Assembly: GCA_963721815.1 (NCBI GenBank) | Contig: CAVRLO010000015.1 | Coordinates: 76,163 to 140,162 of the forward strand | Direction of reading: 5' to 3' | Length of the DNA stretch: 64,000 nucleotides | Source: an uncultured Candidatus Rokubacteria bacterium | GTDB lineage: Bacteria > Methylomirabilota > Methylomirabilia > Rokubacteriales > CSP1-6 | In this document: one piece after another, positions 41,383 to 52,800 of the stretch | How the letters are laid out: every line of letters begins with the position of its first letter | Numbering within the stretch: position 1 is the first letter of the stretch | The notes under the pieces: model-generated | What the model was told of the DNA's origin: nothing | What the model saw: only the letters and a program-made list of their open reading frames with translations | The model's database searches: none | Program-made: the position numbers and the translations under genes

Positions 41383-41730
41383 CCCAGATCCTCCTTTTCG
41401 AACGCCCAGTGTTCGAACCCTCATCCCAATGCTGGACGGCACGGTATCGAGCGGGGTTCGGCGCCAGCCGGGCTGCCGTCGAAAACTCCGCGCGTTACCT
41501 GCACGCCAGGGCGGTCGCAGGAGGAGAACGAAAGAGCATCGCGAGATAGGCGGAAGGCGCAGAGAGCGAAACCGCAACGGCGTGACTGATTCGCGAGTCG
41601 GCCGAAGGATCGTCGCCGGTTGTCAGGGGGCCAACGACGAGGTCGCCAGTGAACTGTTCGGTATCAGGAATGCCGTCGACGGCGATCAGCAGAAGGCAGA
41701 CCAGCCCGGTCCACGCGGATAGGGCTAGCA

Positions 41731-42899
41731 TGTCCAGACCCGGAACGGTGTTGACACTTCCGCCGTTCCAGAGTGGTGCATGAGATCACTGCGCCGCCGC
41801 CACGCCCCAGACGAGCGCGGCCGGCGTGCGCCCGCGAACGCGATAGCCTTGGTGAGGGCGCTCGGTGTTGTAGTAGCGCATGAAGCCGTCGAGGGCCCGC
41901 TGCAGGGCAGCCCGCCCGGTGAAGTAGCGGCGACGGAAGACCACGCGCCAGAGCTCCTGGAGAATCGTACCCTGCAGCCGTTCGACGAAGCCGTTGGTCC
42001 AGGCATGGCGGGGTTTGGTGCGCGTGTGCCGCAGGCCGAGCTCGCGACAGGCCACATCAAACGCGCCCTTGAACTCCGGGCCGCCATCGGTGAGCACGCG
42101 CCGCACCGGCCAGCCGGCGCGCTGGAAGTGGGGCACGACCACCTCGCGCAGGAACGTGGCGGCCGCCGCGGCATCGTGGGCCGGCAGCAGGCCGGCCAGC
42201 CCATACGAGGTCGCCGCGTCGCAGGCCGTGATCTGCCAGACCTTGCCGACGCCTTTGAGGTTGCCGATGTAGAAGGTGTCCAGGCACACGAGCTGGCCCG
42301 GCTCGTTCGCCTCGACGTGCCGCGTGCGGCCGTGGCGGGCGCGCCAAAGCGTCTGCCGGGTGCGGTCGGTCAGCAGCCCGGCCGTGCGGGCCGCCTGCTG
42401 CTCGAGCACGGTGAGCCGCGCCCGCCGCGTCGCCAAGCCGACTCGGCGCAGCAGCCGCTGCACGGTGCTGGGCGCCACGCGTACCTGCCAGGTCCGGGCC
42501 AGATAGGCGGCGATCCGGCGGCAGCCCCAGGTGGCCGCGCTGATCGCGATCCCGAGCACCAGCCGCTCTACCTCCGGCGGGGTCGCCACCGGGCGCCCGG
42601 CTCGGCCGCGCTGCCGGCGCGGATGGACGCCGTCGACGCCGTAGCGTTCCAACCGGTGTGCGCCAGCGATAGAAGAGCGTCCGGGAGATCCCCAGCTCTC
42701 GGCACACCGCGCTGACGTTGCCGAGCACCTGCGCGCGCTCGATGACGCGCAGGCGCATTCCGTGTACGCTCTCGTCGAGGGTCATCGGTCCGTCCTCCCA
42801 CAGTGGTTTCCTTGGCCGGAGTTCCACTCTGGGAAAGATAGGGCAGATGGCCCTCTTCTTCGTTCACGGCAAGTGTCAACACTATTCCGAGTCCGGACA
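41731..42899 (-). mobile_element. IS481-family insertion sequence, 1169 bp; transposase 42785-41786 with frameshift near 42655
   Basis: IRs TGTCCAGACCCGGAACGGTGTTGACAC / TGTCCGGACTCGGAATAGTGTTGACAC; GGCTAGCA duplicated at 41723-41730 and 42900-42907; 'TDGGPEF', 'WTNGFVERL'. Confidence 0.9.
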
Positions 42900-42962
42900 G
42901 GCTAGCAGGCCTCGGCCACCGATTGCGGGGCGCGACTCGGAGATCCGATCCAGGCGCAACAG

Positions 42963-43127
42963 TTAATTCGCCGGCATGCTGATATTGGCGGAGTCGACCG
43001 TGTCTATGACCTGGGCGAGGTGGCGCTCGCAGATTCCGTGCGTCGGCGCCGGGTTGTCGAGCGGCTCGCTTTCACCCATGTAGCCGAGCTCACCGTCGCG
43101 ACAGCACCACGCGCACAAAATCCTCAT
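42963..43127 (-). CDS. Small Cys/His protein, possible Zn binder
   Basis: 'CAWC...THGICERH'. Confidence 0.5.
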   Translation of the reverse strand: MRILCAWCCRDGELGYMGESEPLDNPAPTHGICERHLAQVIDTVDSANISMPAN

Positions 43128-43398
43128 CTTGATCGCTCCAGCGTGCGAAGGCCGTGCCACAGCGATGCGAGCCGCCGCTAAGAACACGAAATTCAGGGAC
43201 CCGTGATGTTTTCCGCAATCGCACCCGAAGGACCCGTCACCCACCAGTTCAGGTTAAACGCCCGAGTGTTACGGCCGCGTTAAGGCTGTGTGCCCTATAG
43301 CGCCGATGTCGCAGCTCTTACCAACCCGCCGTCGCCCCAGAGGAAATGGTTCGGCGCCGCACCCGCTTAAGCCGTTCGCGTATCAAACCACCTACGAG

Positions 43399-43647
43399 TT
43401 ACTTGAAGATTCCGACCACTTTCAGGATGTAGATCAGCAGGGCGGCCCCTAGCACCGCCACCAACCAGCCCACGATGGGGCCGCCGGTGGACAGTCCCAC
43501 TACGCCGGCCAGCCAGAACCCCAGGCTCGAGCCGATGATGCCGACCACGATGTTGGCTATGGCGCCCATCTGCGCGTTCGTCTTCATGAGGATGCTGGCT
43601 AGCCAGCCCACAACGGCGCCCACAATCAAAGTGACGATCCAGTGCAT
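43399..43647 (-). CDS. GlsB/YeaQ/YmgE (transglycosylase-associated) membrane protein
   Basis: 'IVGAVVGWLA...NIVVGIIGSSLG...AVLGAALL'. Confidence 0.85.
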   Translation of the reverse strand: MHWIVTLIVGAVVGWLASILMKTNAQMGAIANIVVGIIGSSLGFWLAGVVGLSTGGPIVGWLVAVLGAALLIYILKVVGIFK

Positions 43648-43940
43648 GCCTCTCCTCCTCGATCATCGTGCGTGGACCCTTGGGATCGCCAGGATGCCGG
43701 CGCGCGATGGACGACGACGATGACCGATACCCACGTGCCGGACGTGCCGGCAGTCGCCTGGGAGTATACAGGCCGCGACTGGCCGGCCGCTGTTGATCCG
43801 CACGCGCGAGCGATCGTCTGCCGCTTCCTCGATACCTCTGAAGGGTCGCTGTGGCTGAAAGCACCTGATGCGCGGTAAGCTTGCCCGCGTTCGGGACCGA
43901 AAACGGCCCGAACCTACTTTTGACGATGGAGGAGGACACA

Positions 43941-45052
43941 ATGGTCATCACTGCCTTACGAGAGCCCTTGTGGTCGCGGTAGTGTTCGCCACGGTGGCGT
44001 TCGTCAGCACGGCGCTCGCCCAGCAGCCTCGGGTACTCAAGGTTCAGTCGGCGGTGCCGCCGGCGACGACGACGCAGGACGCCCTCAAGTTCTTTGCGGA
44101 CCGGGTCGACAAGCTGACCGCCGGCCAGCTCAAGATCGATGCCTTGCCGGGCGGGGCGATCGTGCCGCCGTTCGAGATCCTCGACGCCACCCACAAGAAG
44201 GTTATCGATGGCGCCTTCGGCATCTCGTACTGGTGGTTCGGCAAGAACAAGGCGGCGACGCTCTTCGCCAACACGCCGGCCGGCATCGCCGGCATGGATG
44301 CCATCGACTTCATCGGTTGGGTCTACGACGGCGGCGGGCTCGAGCTCTGGAACGAGTTCTACCAGAAAGAGCTGAAGCTCAATCTGGTCGCGTTCCCGAG
44401 CATCCCGCCGAGCCCGCAGGCGCTCGGCTGGTTCAAGCGGCCGATCAAGGACCTCGCCGACTTCAAGGGCATGAAGTGCCGCCAGACCGGTATCGTGGCC
44501 GAGCTCTACTCCAAGATGGGCATGGCCGTGGTCAACATGCCGGGCGGCGAGATCCTGCCGGCAGCCGAGCGCGGCACGATCGACTGCGCCGAGTGGGTCG
44601 GCGGGGTCGAGGACCAACGGCTCGGCCTGCACACCGTGTGGAAGTACCACTACACGCCGGGCATGCACGAGAGCGCGTCAGTGGCCGAGATCGCTTTCAA
44701 CAAGGACGTCTGGGACAGCTTGCCGGTCCAGCAAAAGGAAGCGATCAAGTCGGCCACGTCGGAGACCTTCCTGCGCTGGTGGGCGACGTGGCAGCGGATG
44801 AACGCCGACGCCATCGCCGAGTTTGCGGAGAAGCACAAGGTCCAGCTGCTCACCACACCGCCCGAGATCAACAAGGCGTTTCTCAGGGTGTGGGACGAGT
44901 TCGCCGCGGCCGAATCCGCCAAGAACCCGTTCTTCAAGAAGGTCTACGAGTCGCAGCGCGCCTATGCGGCGAAGGTGGTGCCGGCCAAGCGCTTCATGTT
45001 CCCGCCCTACAGCCTCCAGGCGGATCACTACTGGCCTGCCAAGGCACGCTGA
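43941..45052 (+). CDS. dctP: TRAP substrate-binding protein (TakP-like); early frameshift
   Basis: GGAGG RBS; 'GGAIVPPFEILDA', 'AAERGTIDCAEW', 'YHYTPGMHE'. Confidence 0.85.
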
Positions 45053-45113
45053 TCGGCGGACGTCGTCGAGACCACGGGAAGGGCGGCTTCGGCCGCCCTT
45101 CTCGGTCATTTCC

Positions 45114-46649
45114 CTACCGCACTGCGTGCACCAGCCACAGGGCGATCTGCGGGTAGAGCAGCAATACGAGGAGCACGAAGACCTGGATCACCATGTAGTC
45201 GCCCATGCCCTTGTAGATGGTGGTCAGGCTCCATTGCGGCACCACGTTGCGTAGGTAGTAGGCCGACATGGCAACGGGTGGACTCAAGTAGGCCGTCTGC
45301 ATGTTGACGGCAACCAGGGTGCCGACCCAGATCAGCAAGTCGAGCTTGTTGAGGCCGAGCTGGAACTTCTCGATCACGGGCAGAACGATCGGCAGGAAGA
45401 CCAGGATGATCACGGGCCACTCGAAGGGCCATCCCAGGATGAAGAAGATGGCCATGATGAGGGTGAGCTTCCACCAGTCTCCCAGAGGGATGGCGAGGAG
45501 CGACTGCGTCATCAAGTCCGCCGAGCCGAGCTTGGTGAAGACGGCGCCGAACACGTTTGACGCCACCGCCAGGAACAGGACCATGGCCACCGTCACCATC
45601 GTGCCCATGGCCGCGTTAGTGGCCGACTTGAAGCTGAGCCGGCCATAGACCAGCGCGAGCAGCGTGGCGCCGAACGCGCCGCACGAAGCGGCCTCCGTCG
45701 GCGTCGCCAGCCCGCCGATGATGGTGCCAAGCGTGAAGGCGATCAGCGCGCTCAGCGGCGCGACGCCCAGCACGATGGCGCGGAAGTAGCGACTGCGGAA
45801 AAAGGGATACGCCGTTGCCGCCGCCGGCACCAGAGCGACGCTCGACACCGCAAGCGGGCCGAAGCCGACCGCGAGCGGCGGCACGCCCAGCCTGCCCAGG
45901 ACCGCGTCCGCCACGAGATAGGTCATCACCGCCAGGCAGACGAGACCCAGCACCACCACGGGAGCGCCGACCTTCTCGGTCGTCATGTCGTGGTAGGCGG
46001 CCTTGCGCTCGTCCATGGTCATGGCCGGCCCCAGCTTCGGGGTGATGAAGCTGCGGACGAGCGTGTAGCCGATATAGCAGCCGGCCAGCAAGAAACCGGG
46101 ACCGAACGCTGCCGAATAGAGCAGATTGACGGGCACGCCCATGACCGGGCCCATCACCACCAGCATGATGCTGGGCGGGATCAGGATGCCCAGCGTGCCG
46201 CCGGCGGCGATCGCGCCGGCCGACAGGCGAGCGTCATAGCCGGACTTGATCATCATCGGGGCGGCCATGATGCCGAGCACCGTCACCGCCGCGCCGACGA
46301 TGCCGGTGGCCATGGCGAAGATGGTCGCCGTCAGGATGACCGCCAGATAGAGTGAGCCGCGCACCTGGGCGAGCAGGCTCCTGAGCGCCCCGAACAGCCG
46401 CTCCATGAGCCCGGCCTGCTCGGTCATGTAGCCCATGAAGATGAAGAGCGGCACGGCGGGAAAGATCTCGTCCTTCATCGTGCCCCAGATCTGCAGATAG
46501 GCGAGATTGAAGGTCTGCTCCCAGCCCAATCCGAACCCGCCGAAGACGAGGGCGAGAAACAGCAGCGTGAAGGAGATCGGGAACCCGATGAAGATGACCG
46601 CGAGCATGCTGAGGAGCATGAGGAATCCCAGGGCCTCGGGGACACCCAT
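45114..46649 (-). CDS. dctM: TRAP large permease
   Basis: 'AVPLFIFMG', 'GGTLGILIPPSI', 'TAYLSPP'. Confidence 0.9.
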   Translation of the reverse strand: MGVPEALGFLMLLSMLAVIFIGFPISFTLLFLALVFGGFGLGWEQTFNLAYLQIWGTMKDEIFPAVPLFIFMGYMTEQAGLMERLFGALRSLLAQVRGSLYLAVILTATIFAMATGIVGAAVTVLGIMAAPMMIKSGYDARLSAGAIAAGGTLGILIPPSIMLVVMGPVMGVPVNLLYSAAFGPGFLLAGCYIGYTLVRSFITPKLGPAMTMDERKAAYHDMTTEKVGAPVVVLGLVCLAVMTYLVADAVLGRLGVPPLAVGFGPLAVSSVALVPAAATAYPFFRSRYFRAIVLGVAPLSALIAFTLGTIIGGLATPTEAASCGAFGATLLALVYGRLSFKSATNAAMGTMVTVAMVLFLAVASNVFGAVFTKLGSADLMTQSLLAIPLGDWWKLTLIMAIFFILGWPFEWPVIILVFLPIVLPVIEKFQLGLNKLDLLIWVGTLVAVNMQTAYLSPPVAMSAYYLRNVVPQWSLTTIYKGMGDYMVIQVFVLLVLLLYPQIALWLVHAVR

Positions 46650-46653
46650 GTCC

Positions 46654-47208
46654 TCAGACCTCGATCTTCTCGTGCCGGGTCAAGAACTCGCCGGTTCGCC
46701 AGGCCCAGAGGCTCTTCATGAGCTCGGAGATGCCCTGCAGGAACAGCATGAAGGCAGTCAGCGGGATGACGCCGCGCAGCGGCCACAAGATCGGCGTCCA
46801 GGCGCCGGAACTGGAGCGCTCGTCGATCGAGACCGAGTAGAAGAAATCGTCGATCGAAATGATGAACAGCACCACCATGGTCGGGAGAAAGAACACCATC
46901 AGCGCCAGGCTGTCGATCATCCCCTTCTTTCGGTCCGAGAACTTCTCCCACAGCATGTCGGTCCGCACGTGAGCTCCCTTGAGCAGCGCCAGGGCCGACC
47001 CCAGCATGAAGAGGGTCGCGTAGGACATGGTCGTCACATCGAGGGCCCACATGGTCGGAGCCCTGAGCACGTACCGGGCAAAGACTTCGACGACATTGGC
47101 GAAGACCAGGGGAATGATCGGGAGCACGAACAGGTAGCCGGTCAATGTCGTGAACCTATCGATGGTGCGGATGACGGCCAAATAGCCACGAGACGGCATC
47201 GGCTTCAT
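46654..47208 (-). CDS. dctQ: TRAP small permease
   Basis: 'WALDV', 'HVRTD', 'WPLRGVIP'. Confidence 0.85.
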   Translation of the reverse strand: MKPMPSRGYLAVIRTIDRFTTLTGYLFVLPIIPLVFANVVEVFARYVLRAPTMWALDVTTMSYATLFMLGSALALLKGAHVRTDMLWEKFSDRKKGMIDSLALMVFFLPTMVVLFIISIDDFFYSVSIDERSSSGAWTPILWPLRGVIPLTAFMLFLQGISELMKSLWAWRTGEFLTRHEKIEV

Positions 47209-47492
47209 CCTCGCTCCTTCAAGCGCGCGTCAATCCGCCCCATCTCGTCATGCTCCTTTGTCGCGCCGTTCGGTCGGGTCGCCCACGAGGTCGATGCGGC
47301 GAAGACACGTTTCCGCGGCCAGCTCCCGCGAGTTCCGCCCCCCACGTACAGCGCGGACAACCTGCCTGTCAACGGGTTTCTGCCGGGCAAGGAGCACATG
47401 GAGCAGGGAAACCGACCGAGCAAAGCACGGCGGATTCGCGGCTGGGCAACCAGCCGATATGCAGTCGCCGCACGCCCGGCATAGCGACCAGA

Positions 47493-48836
47493 TCAATCCG
47501 GACGCTGACCCGCATCGCGCGGTCCTCGTCGATGCCTCATTGCCCACGGATGCAGCACGTCGATTGCGTAACCCACGTCCAGCCGCTCCCCCTGCCAGCC
47601 GGACATGGCGGTCCGCGCGCCCAGGACATTTCCTTGCGCATCGTGCCGTTGTCGCAACGCTCCTGCCGGATCGCCGGGCACTCCGGAGACGCTCGGGACC
47701 TCGGGGAGCAGTCGTCCGTCCGGACGCAGGAACCGCAGCTCGCCGTTAGGCTGCCGCTCGACCTGATAACCCTCCTCGTGAACGGCGCGATGGTGCCGGT
47801 GACAGAGCAGCGTGAGATTGGATAGTGTCGTGGGGCCGCCCTGGGCCCAGTGACGGATGTGGTGGCCCTGTGTGAACCGGCCGTGACAGCCCGGGAAGCG
47901 GCAACCGTGATCGCGATGCTGCAGGGCTCGCCGTAGCGCGGGCGGAATCGTGCGGGTCCGGGCGGACACCTCCACGAGGCGGCCATCGGGATCGTGCTGC
48001 GTCGCCATCCGGCTCGCGTCGCACGCCAGACGCTGCGACGTTTCCGCGGAAACGTGCGGCCCATCCTCGAGAACGGACTGGCCGGGCGCATCCGGGTTGG
48101 CCAGCACCGCGGCATCGACGTGGACCACCACTTGATAGCGCTCGCCCGGCGCGCCCGGATCGAGGCCGTGGTGCAACGCCGTCTCGGCGAGCAGGGCTAG
48201 CGCGTCGGCCTGTTGCTGCGCGAAGGGGAGTGGCTCGATGGAAACGTCCATCTGAGTGGGATCTGCGTCGTTCGAGCGGCCCTGCTGATACAAGGCCTCA
48301 CGGGCCGCGGCCAGGGCTTGCAGGATCACCGCGCCCGCCTCGGGCGTGAGCCGCCCGTGGATTACCACCATGCCGTCCTCATCCTGCTTAACGTGCAGCG
48401 CACGGCTCTTGTGCCGTCGGGCCTCGTCGTGGGCCTCGACCTTGCGATCCATTCGCCGCCAGCCGCGCACGATGCGCTCGACATGGCAGGCCGTGCCGGC
48501 GCGCCCAACTGCCAGCAGGCGCTCTTCGGTTTCCGGTGTGGCCACGCGAGTCAGGGCCCGTACCTTCGCGTACGAGAGCTCGCCCCGCTCCAGGGCCTGG
48601 GCCAGCCGCGGCAGTGTTGCGAGCGCGCGTGCCACCCGTACTCTTTCGCGCGCCGCGCCCAGGTCGAGCCCCACGCGCCAGCTCAGCCAGGCGGCGCACG
48701 AGCTGAATCCGGTGTTCCAACCCTCGCGAGCGTCGAACTCGCGGATGAGCTCCAGCAGGCGAGCGGTGGCGGCGTCGAGGTGGGCCGACAGCTCTGCGAT
48801 CTCGTCGCCGAGTCGATCCAGTGAGAGCGAGTCCAT
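47493..48836 (-). CDS. DUF222 + HNH endonuclease, copy 2 (intact, 447 aa)
   Basis: Near-identical protein to 36287-37607; HNH motif intact. Confidence 0.9.
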   Translation of the reverse strand: MDSLSLDRLGDEIAELSAHLDAATARLLELIREFDAREGWNTGFSSCAAWLSWRVGLDLGAARERVRVARALATLPRLAQALERGELSYAKVRALTRVATPETEERLLAVGRAGTACHVERIVRGWRRMDRKVEAHDEARRHKSRALHVKQDEDGMVVIHGRLTPEAGAVILQALAAAREALYQQGRSNDADPTQMDVSIEPLPFAQQQADALALLAETALHHGLDPGAPGERYQVVVHVDAAVLANPDAPGQSVLEDGPHVSAETSQRLACDASRMATQHDPDGRLVEVSARTRTIPPALRRALQHRDHGCRFPGCHGRFTQGHHIRHWAQGGPTTLSNLTLLCHRHHRAVHEEGYQVERQPNGELRFLRPDGRLLPEVPSVSGVPGDPAGALRQRHDAQGNVLGARTAMSGWQGERLDVGYAIDVLHPWAMRHRRGPRDAGQRPD

Positions 48837-49592
48837 GGCGAGCCCTCCTTCCACTAGGGCGACTCTATACCCCGGTTTCGGAGAGGCTTTGCAGACGCGC
48901 GAGGGGGAGATCACGCGGCGGAGCGAAGATTGTCGGCGGGCGCGCCCGAAGCGCTGTCTGCGTGCTTCTGCGGCGCGCTGGTGGCGAAATTCACGACAGC
49001 AGGCCGGCGTGCCGCGCCCGCGGTCGCGCGAGGCTGTCAAGTGTCGACTTTAGTGGACACGATTAACGTGATGGATGCTGTGGACGCTGTGGACCGGTGG
49101 ACGCGAACGGAATGCGGCCGTACGCGTATGCCCGATAACGCTGGCGAGTAACCTTGGATTCACGACCGTTGAACAGCACGTGATTGAGCCGGTCGATTCC
49201 CGCGCGGTCGTACCGCTCGGTGGCGTCGCGCTAAAGAGCCACAAGGCGATCCACAACCTGCTCAACGAGATCGGCCGGGCGGCGCGCGAGGCTTGCCCGG
49301 GAGTGACTGTCGCCCATGCCAGCGGGACGGTGCCGCTGCGTCCGTCCGCGTACTGGACAGACACGGCTCGCGGTGTCGACGAATTGTGACGGAACGCCGC
49401 TCCGTCCGAGTATCGGTCAGGACGTACTGTCCTCGGTCGCGGCGGTCGAAAGCGATCCGATGACGTTCATAAACTCTCCGACCCACGCTGGCGCCGCGTG
49501 GACGGCTCCCGCACAATCGCACGCGTCGTTGACGTGCCCTCGTCTTCAGAACGATGCTGATATCTGGCGGCGCATTCGCGCGGAGGCAAGCC

Positions 49593-49826
49593 ATGAAGCC
49601 TAGGCCGGCAAGCCGAATAGGTAAGATCTTCGCCGATGGTCGTCAGATCGATGAAGCATTGCGCTTGGCCGCCCGTGACGCCATCCGAAAACACGCGCTC
49701 CATGACGCGCCCATCGTCGTTTGGCGTGATGGTCGTATCGCCTGGGTGCCCGCTCGGGCGCTGACCTCGAAGACCTCGCGGAAGGCAATGCGAACCGGCA
49801 AGCGCTCATCCAAGCGAGGACGCTGA
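49593..49826 (+). CDS. Small ATPase-partner protein, copy 3
   Basis: 'IFADGRQIDEALRLAARDAIRKHALHDAPIVVWRDGRIAWVP'; preceded by an ATPase C-terminal remnant NDADIWRRIRAEASHEA*. Confidence 0.7.
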   Translation: MKPRPASRIGKIFADGRQIDEALRLAARDAIRKHALHDAPIVVWRDGRIAWVPARALTSKTSRKAMRTGKRSSKRGR

Positions 49827-52800
49827 ACGATCGGGCTCGGGCGTCTGAGGAGCCTTGCGCCTCTTCCGCCGTTCGTGCAAACTCTCCAGCAGCACATAGA
49901 ACACCGGCACGAACGGAATCGCCAGGAGCGTCGAGGCAAGCATGCCGCCGAACACCACCGTGCCGATGGCCTGCTGACTGGCAGCGCCTGCCCCGGAGGC
50001 CACCATCAGCGGGACCACACCCAGAATGAAGGCGAACGAGGTCATCACGATGGGGCGGAATCGGCGCCTGGTCGCTTCGACGGCCGCCTCCGTGATGGAC
50101 ATACCCTCCCGGTGCAGGTCCCGAGCGAACTCCACGATGAGGATGGCGTTCTTGCTCGCGAGCGCGATCATCAAGACCAGACCGACCTGAGTGAACAGGT
50201 TGTTGTCGTAGCCGCGGCTCATGAGCGCCAGGAGCACTCCGACCAGGGCGATGGGGACGACGAAGATGACCGCGGCGGGAGACGTCCAGCTCTCGTACAG
50301 GGCGGCCAGCACCAGGTACACGAGGGCGAGGGAGAGGGCGTAGATCAAGTAGGCCTGGTAGCCGACCTTCTTCTCCTGATAGCTCGTCGAGGTCCAGTCG
50401 TACGACATGCCCTCCGGCAATGTCTGGGCGGCCAGCTGTTCCATGAGAGTCAGGGCCTGTCCGGAGCTGAACCCCGGCGCGGCGGAGCCGAAGATGGCCG
50501 CCGCCGGGTAGAGGTTGTAGCGGGTGACCAGCTCGGTGCCCTGGACGCGCTTGACCTGGATCAGCGTGTTCAGCGGGACCATCGCCCCGTTCTGGTTGCG
50601 GACGTACAGATGTCTCAGATCGTCGGGCTCGAGACGGTAGCGGCTGTCGGCCTGGATGTAGACCTGGAAGACCTGGTTGAAGCTGTTGAAGAAGTTGACG
50701 AACGACGAGCCCAGATAGGATTGGAGCGCCTCGAACACGCTCGCGGGCTGGACCTGCAGCGACTCCGCCTTGGTCCGGTCGATGTCCAGGTAGAGCTGAG
50801 GGCTGCGATAACTAAAAGTGGTCGCGAGGCCTCGCAGGCTCGGATTGGAATTTGCCGCCTGCACGAGCTCGCCGGCGTTCCGCTGTAGCTCGGCCAGGCC
50901 CAGGCTTCGGCGGTCCTCCACCATCATCTGGAAGCCGCCCGTCTGGCCCAGGCCGCGGATCGGCGGCGGAATGGCGACGAAGAGAAAGGCTTCCTGGATG
51001 TCGCTCAGCTGGCGGTTGAGGTCGGCGACGATCCGGTCCTGGCTCAGGGCCTTGCCGCGTTCCTTCCAGCCCTTGTACACGACGAACGTCGCCGAATAGT
51101 TCGGCACGTTCGCGAAATCCAGAACCGAAAGGCCGCCGATGGTCACCCAGGCATCGACGCCCTCGGTTCGCCGGAGGATGGCGTTGACCTTTTCGGCGAC
51201 CTCGCGCGATCTGGGCTGCGATGAGCCTTCCGGCAAGACGGTCACGATGATCGCGTAGCCCTGGTCCTCGGTCGGGAGGAAGCCGGTGGGCTGGCGTAGG
51301 AATCCCCAGGCGGTCACGGCCACGATGACGACGAACACGATGGACATGAGCGCGGGCCGCTTCACCATCCGGCTGACGACTCCCACGTAGAAGTCGGTGC
51401 TCTTCTGAAACGCCCGGTTGAAACCTCGATAGAACACGTTGGGTGGTTTGTTGCCGCGAGGTCTCAACCACATCGCGCACTGGACCGGCTTCAAGGTCAG
51501 CGCGTTGAGGGCGCTGATGACGGCGGTCGCGGCGATGACGAGCGCGAACTGGCGGAAGATCTGACCGGTGATGCCCGGCAGGAACGCGGCCGGCAGAAAG
51601 ACGGCGACGAGGGCCAGCGTGATCCCGACGACCGGTCCCGTCAGCTCCTGCATGGCCTTGATCGTGGCGTCCTTGGGAGACATCCCGGTGTCGATATAGT
51701 GGGCGCTGTTCTCCACGATGATGATCGCGTCGTCCACGACGATGCCGATGGCCAGGATCAGCGCGAACAAGGTCATCAGGTTCACGGTGAAGCCCAGCAT
51801 GGCCATGGCGATGAACGCGCCGATGATCGTGACCGGTACGGTCGTCGCCGGCACCAGCATCGCCCGCAAGTTTTGCAGGAAGACCAGGATGACGATCAGC
51901 ACCAGCACGCCGGCGATGAACAGGGTCTCGTAGACGGCGCGGATCGCCTCGCGGACGAACAGGGTGGTGTCGTAGCGGATCGCGTACTTCATGCCCTCGG
52001 GGAACTGCTTGCTCATGTCGGCCATGGCCGCGTAAACGAGATTGGCGACCTGAATGGCGTTGGCGCCCGGCAGGGCGAACATCACGATCTGCGCCGACTT
52101 GTGCCCGCTGAATCTCGAAAAATTGCTGAAGCTCTGCTGGCTCAGGTCCACTCGGGCGACGTCGCGCAGTCGCACCACTTGTGGCGCCGTGCCGGTCGCG
52201 TTCTTGACGATGATGTCCTCGAACTGGCTTGCGTTGGAAAGCCGGCCGAGGGCGTTGATCGTGAACTGAAAGGGTTGAGCGTCCGGCACCGGGGGGGCGC
52301 CGAGCCGGCCGGCCACGACCTGGACGTTCTGGCCCTGGATGGCGCTCAGCACATCGGCGGTCGTGATCCCGAAGCTCTGGAGCCTTTTCGGATCGAGCCA
52401 GACCCTCATGCTGTAGGGACCGGCCCCGAAGATTCTCACCTGGCCGACTCCCTGGATCCGGGCTAGCGGGTTCTGCAGATTGATGAGCGCGTAATTCGAG
52501 AGAAAGATCTCCTCGAACCGGTCGTCGTCGGAGTAGAGGCTGGCGACCAGCAGAATGTTCGGCGAGACCTTTCGCACGTTGACGCCCTGCGCTTGAGCGC
52601 CGCCCGGAAGCTGGGACACCGCGCCGTTGGCGAGGTTCTGGACCAGGGCCAGCGACGTGTCGAGCTCCGTCCCGACGTCGAACGTGACGGTCAGGGTGTA
52701 TGTGCCGTCACTCGAGCTGACGGACGACATGTAGATCGAGCCTTCGACGCCGTTGATCGCTTGCTCGAGCGGCTGCCCGACCGTCGCCGCGACGACCTCG

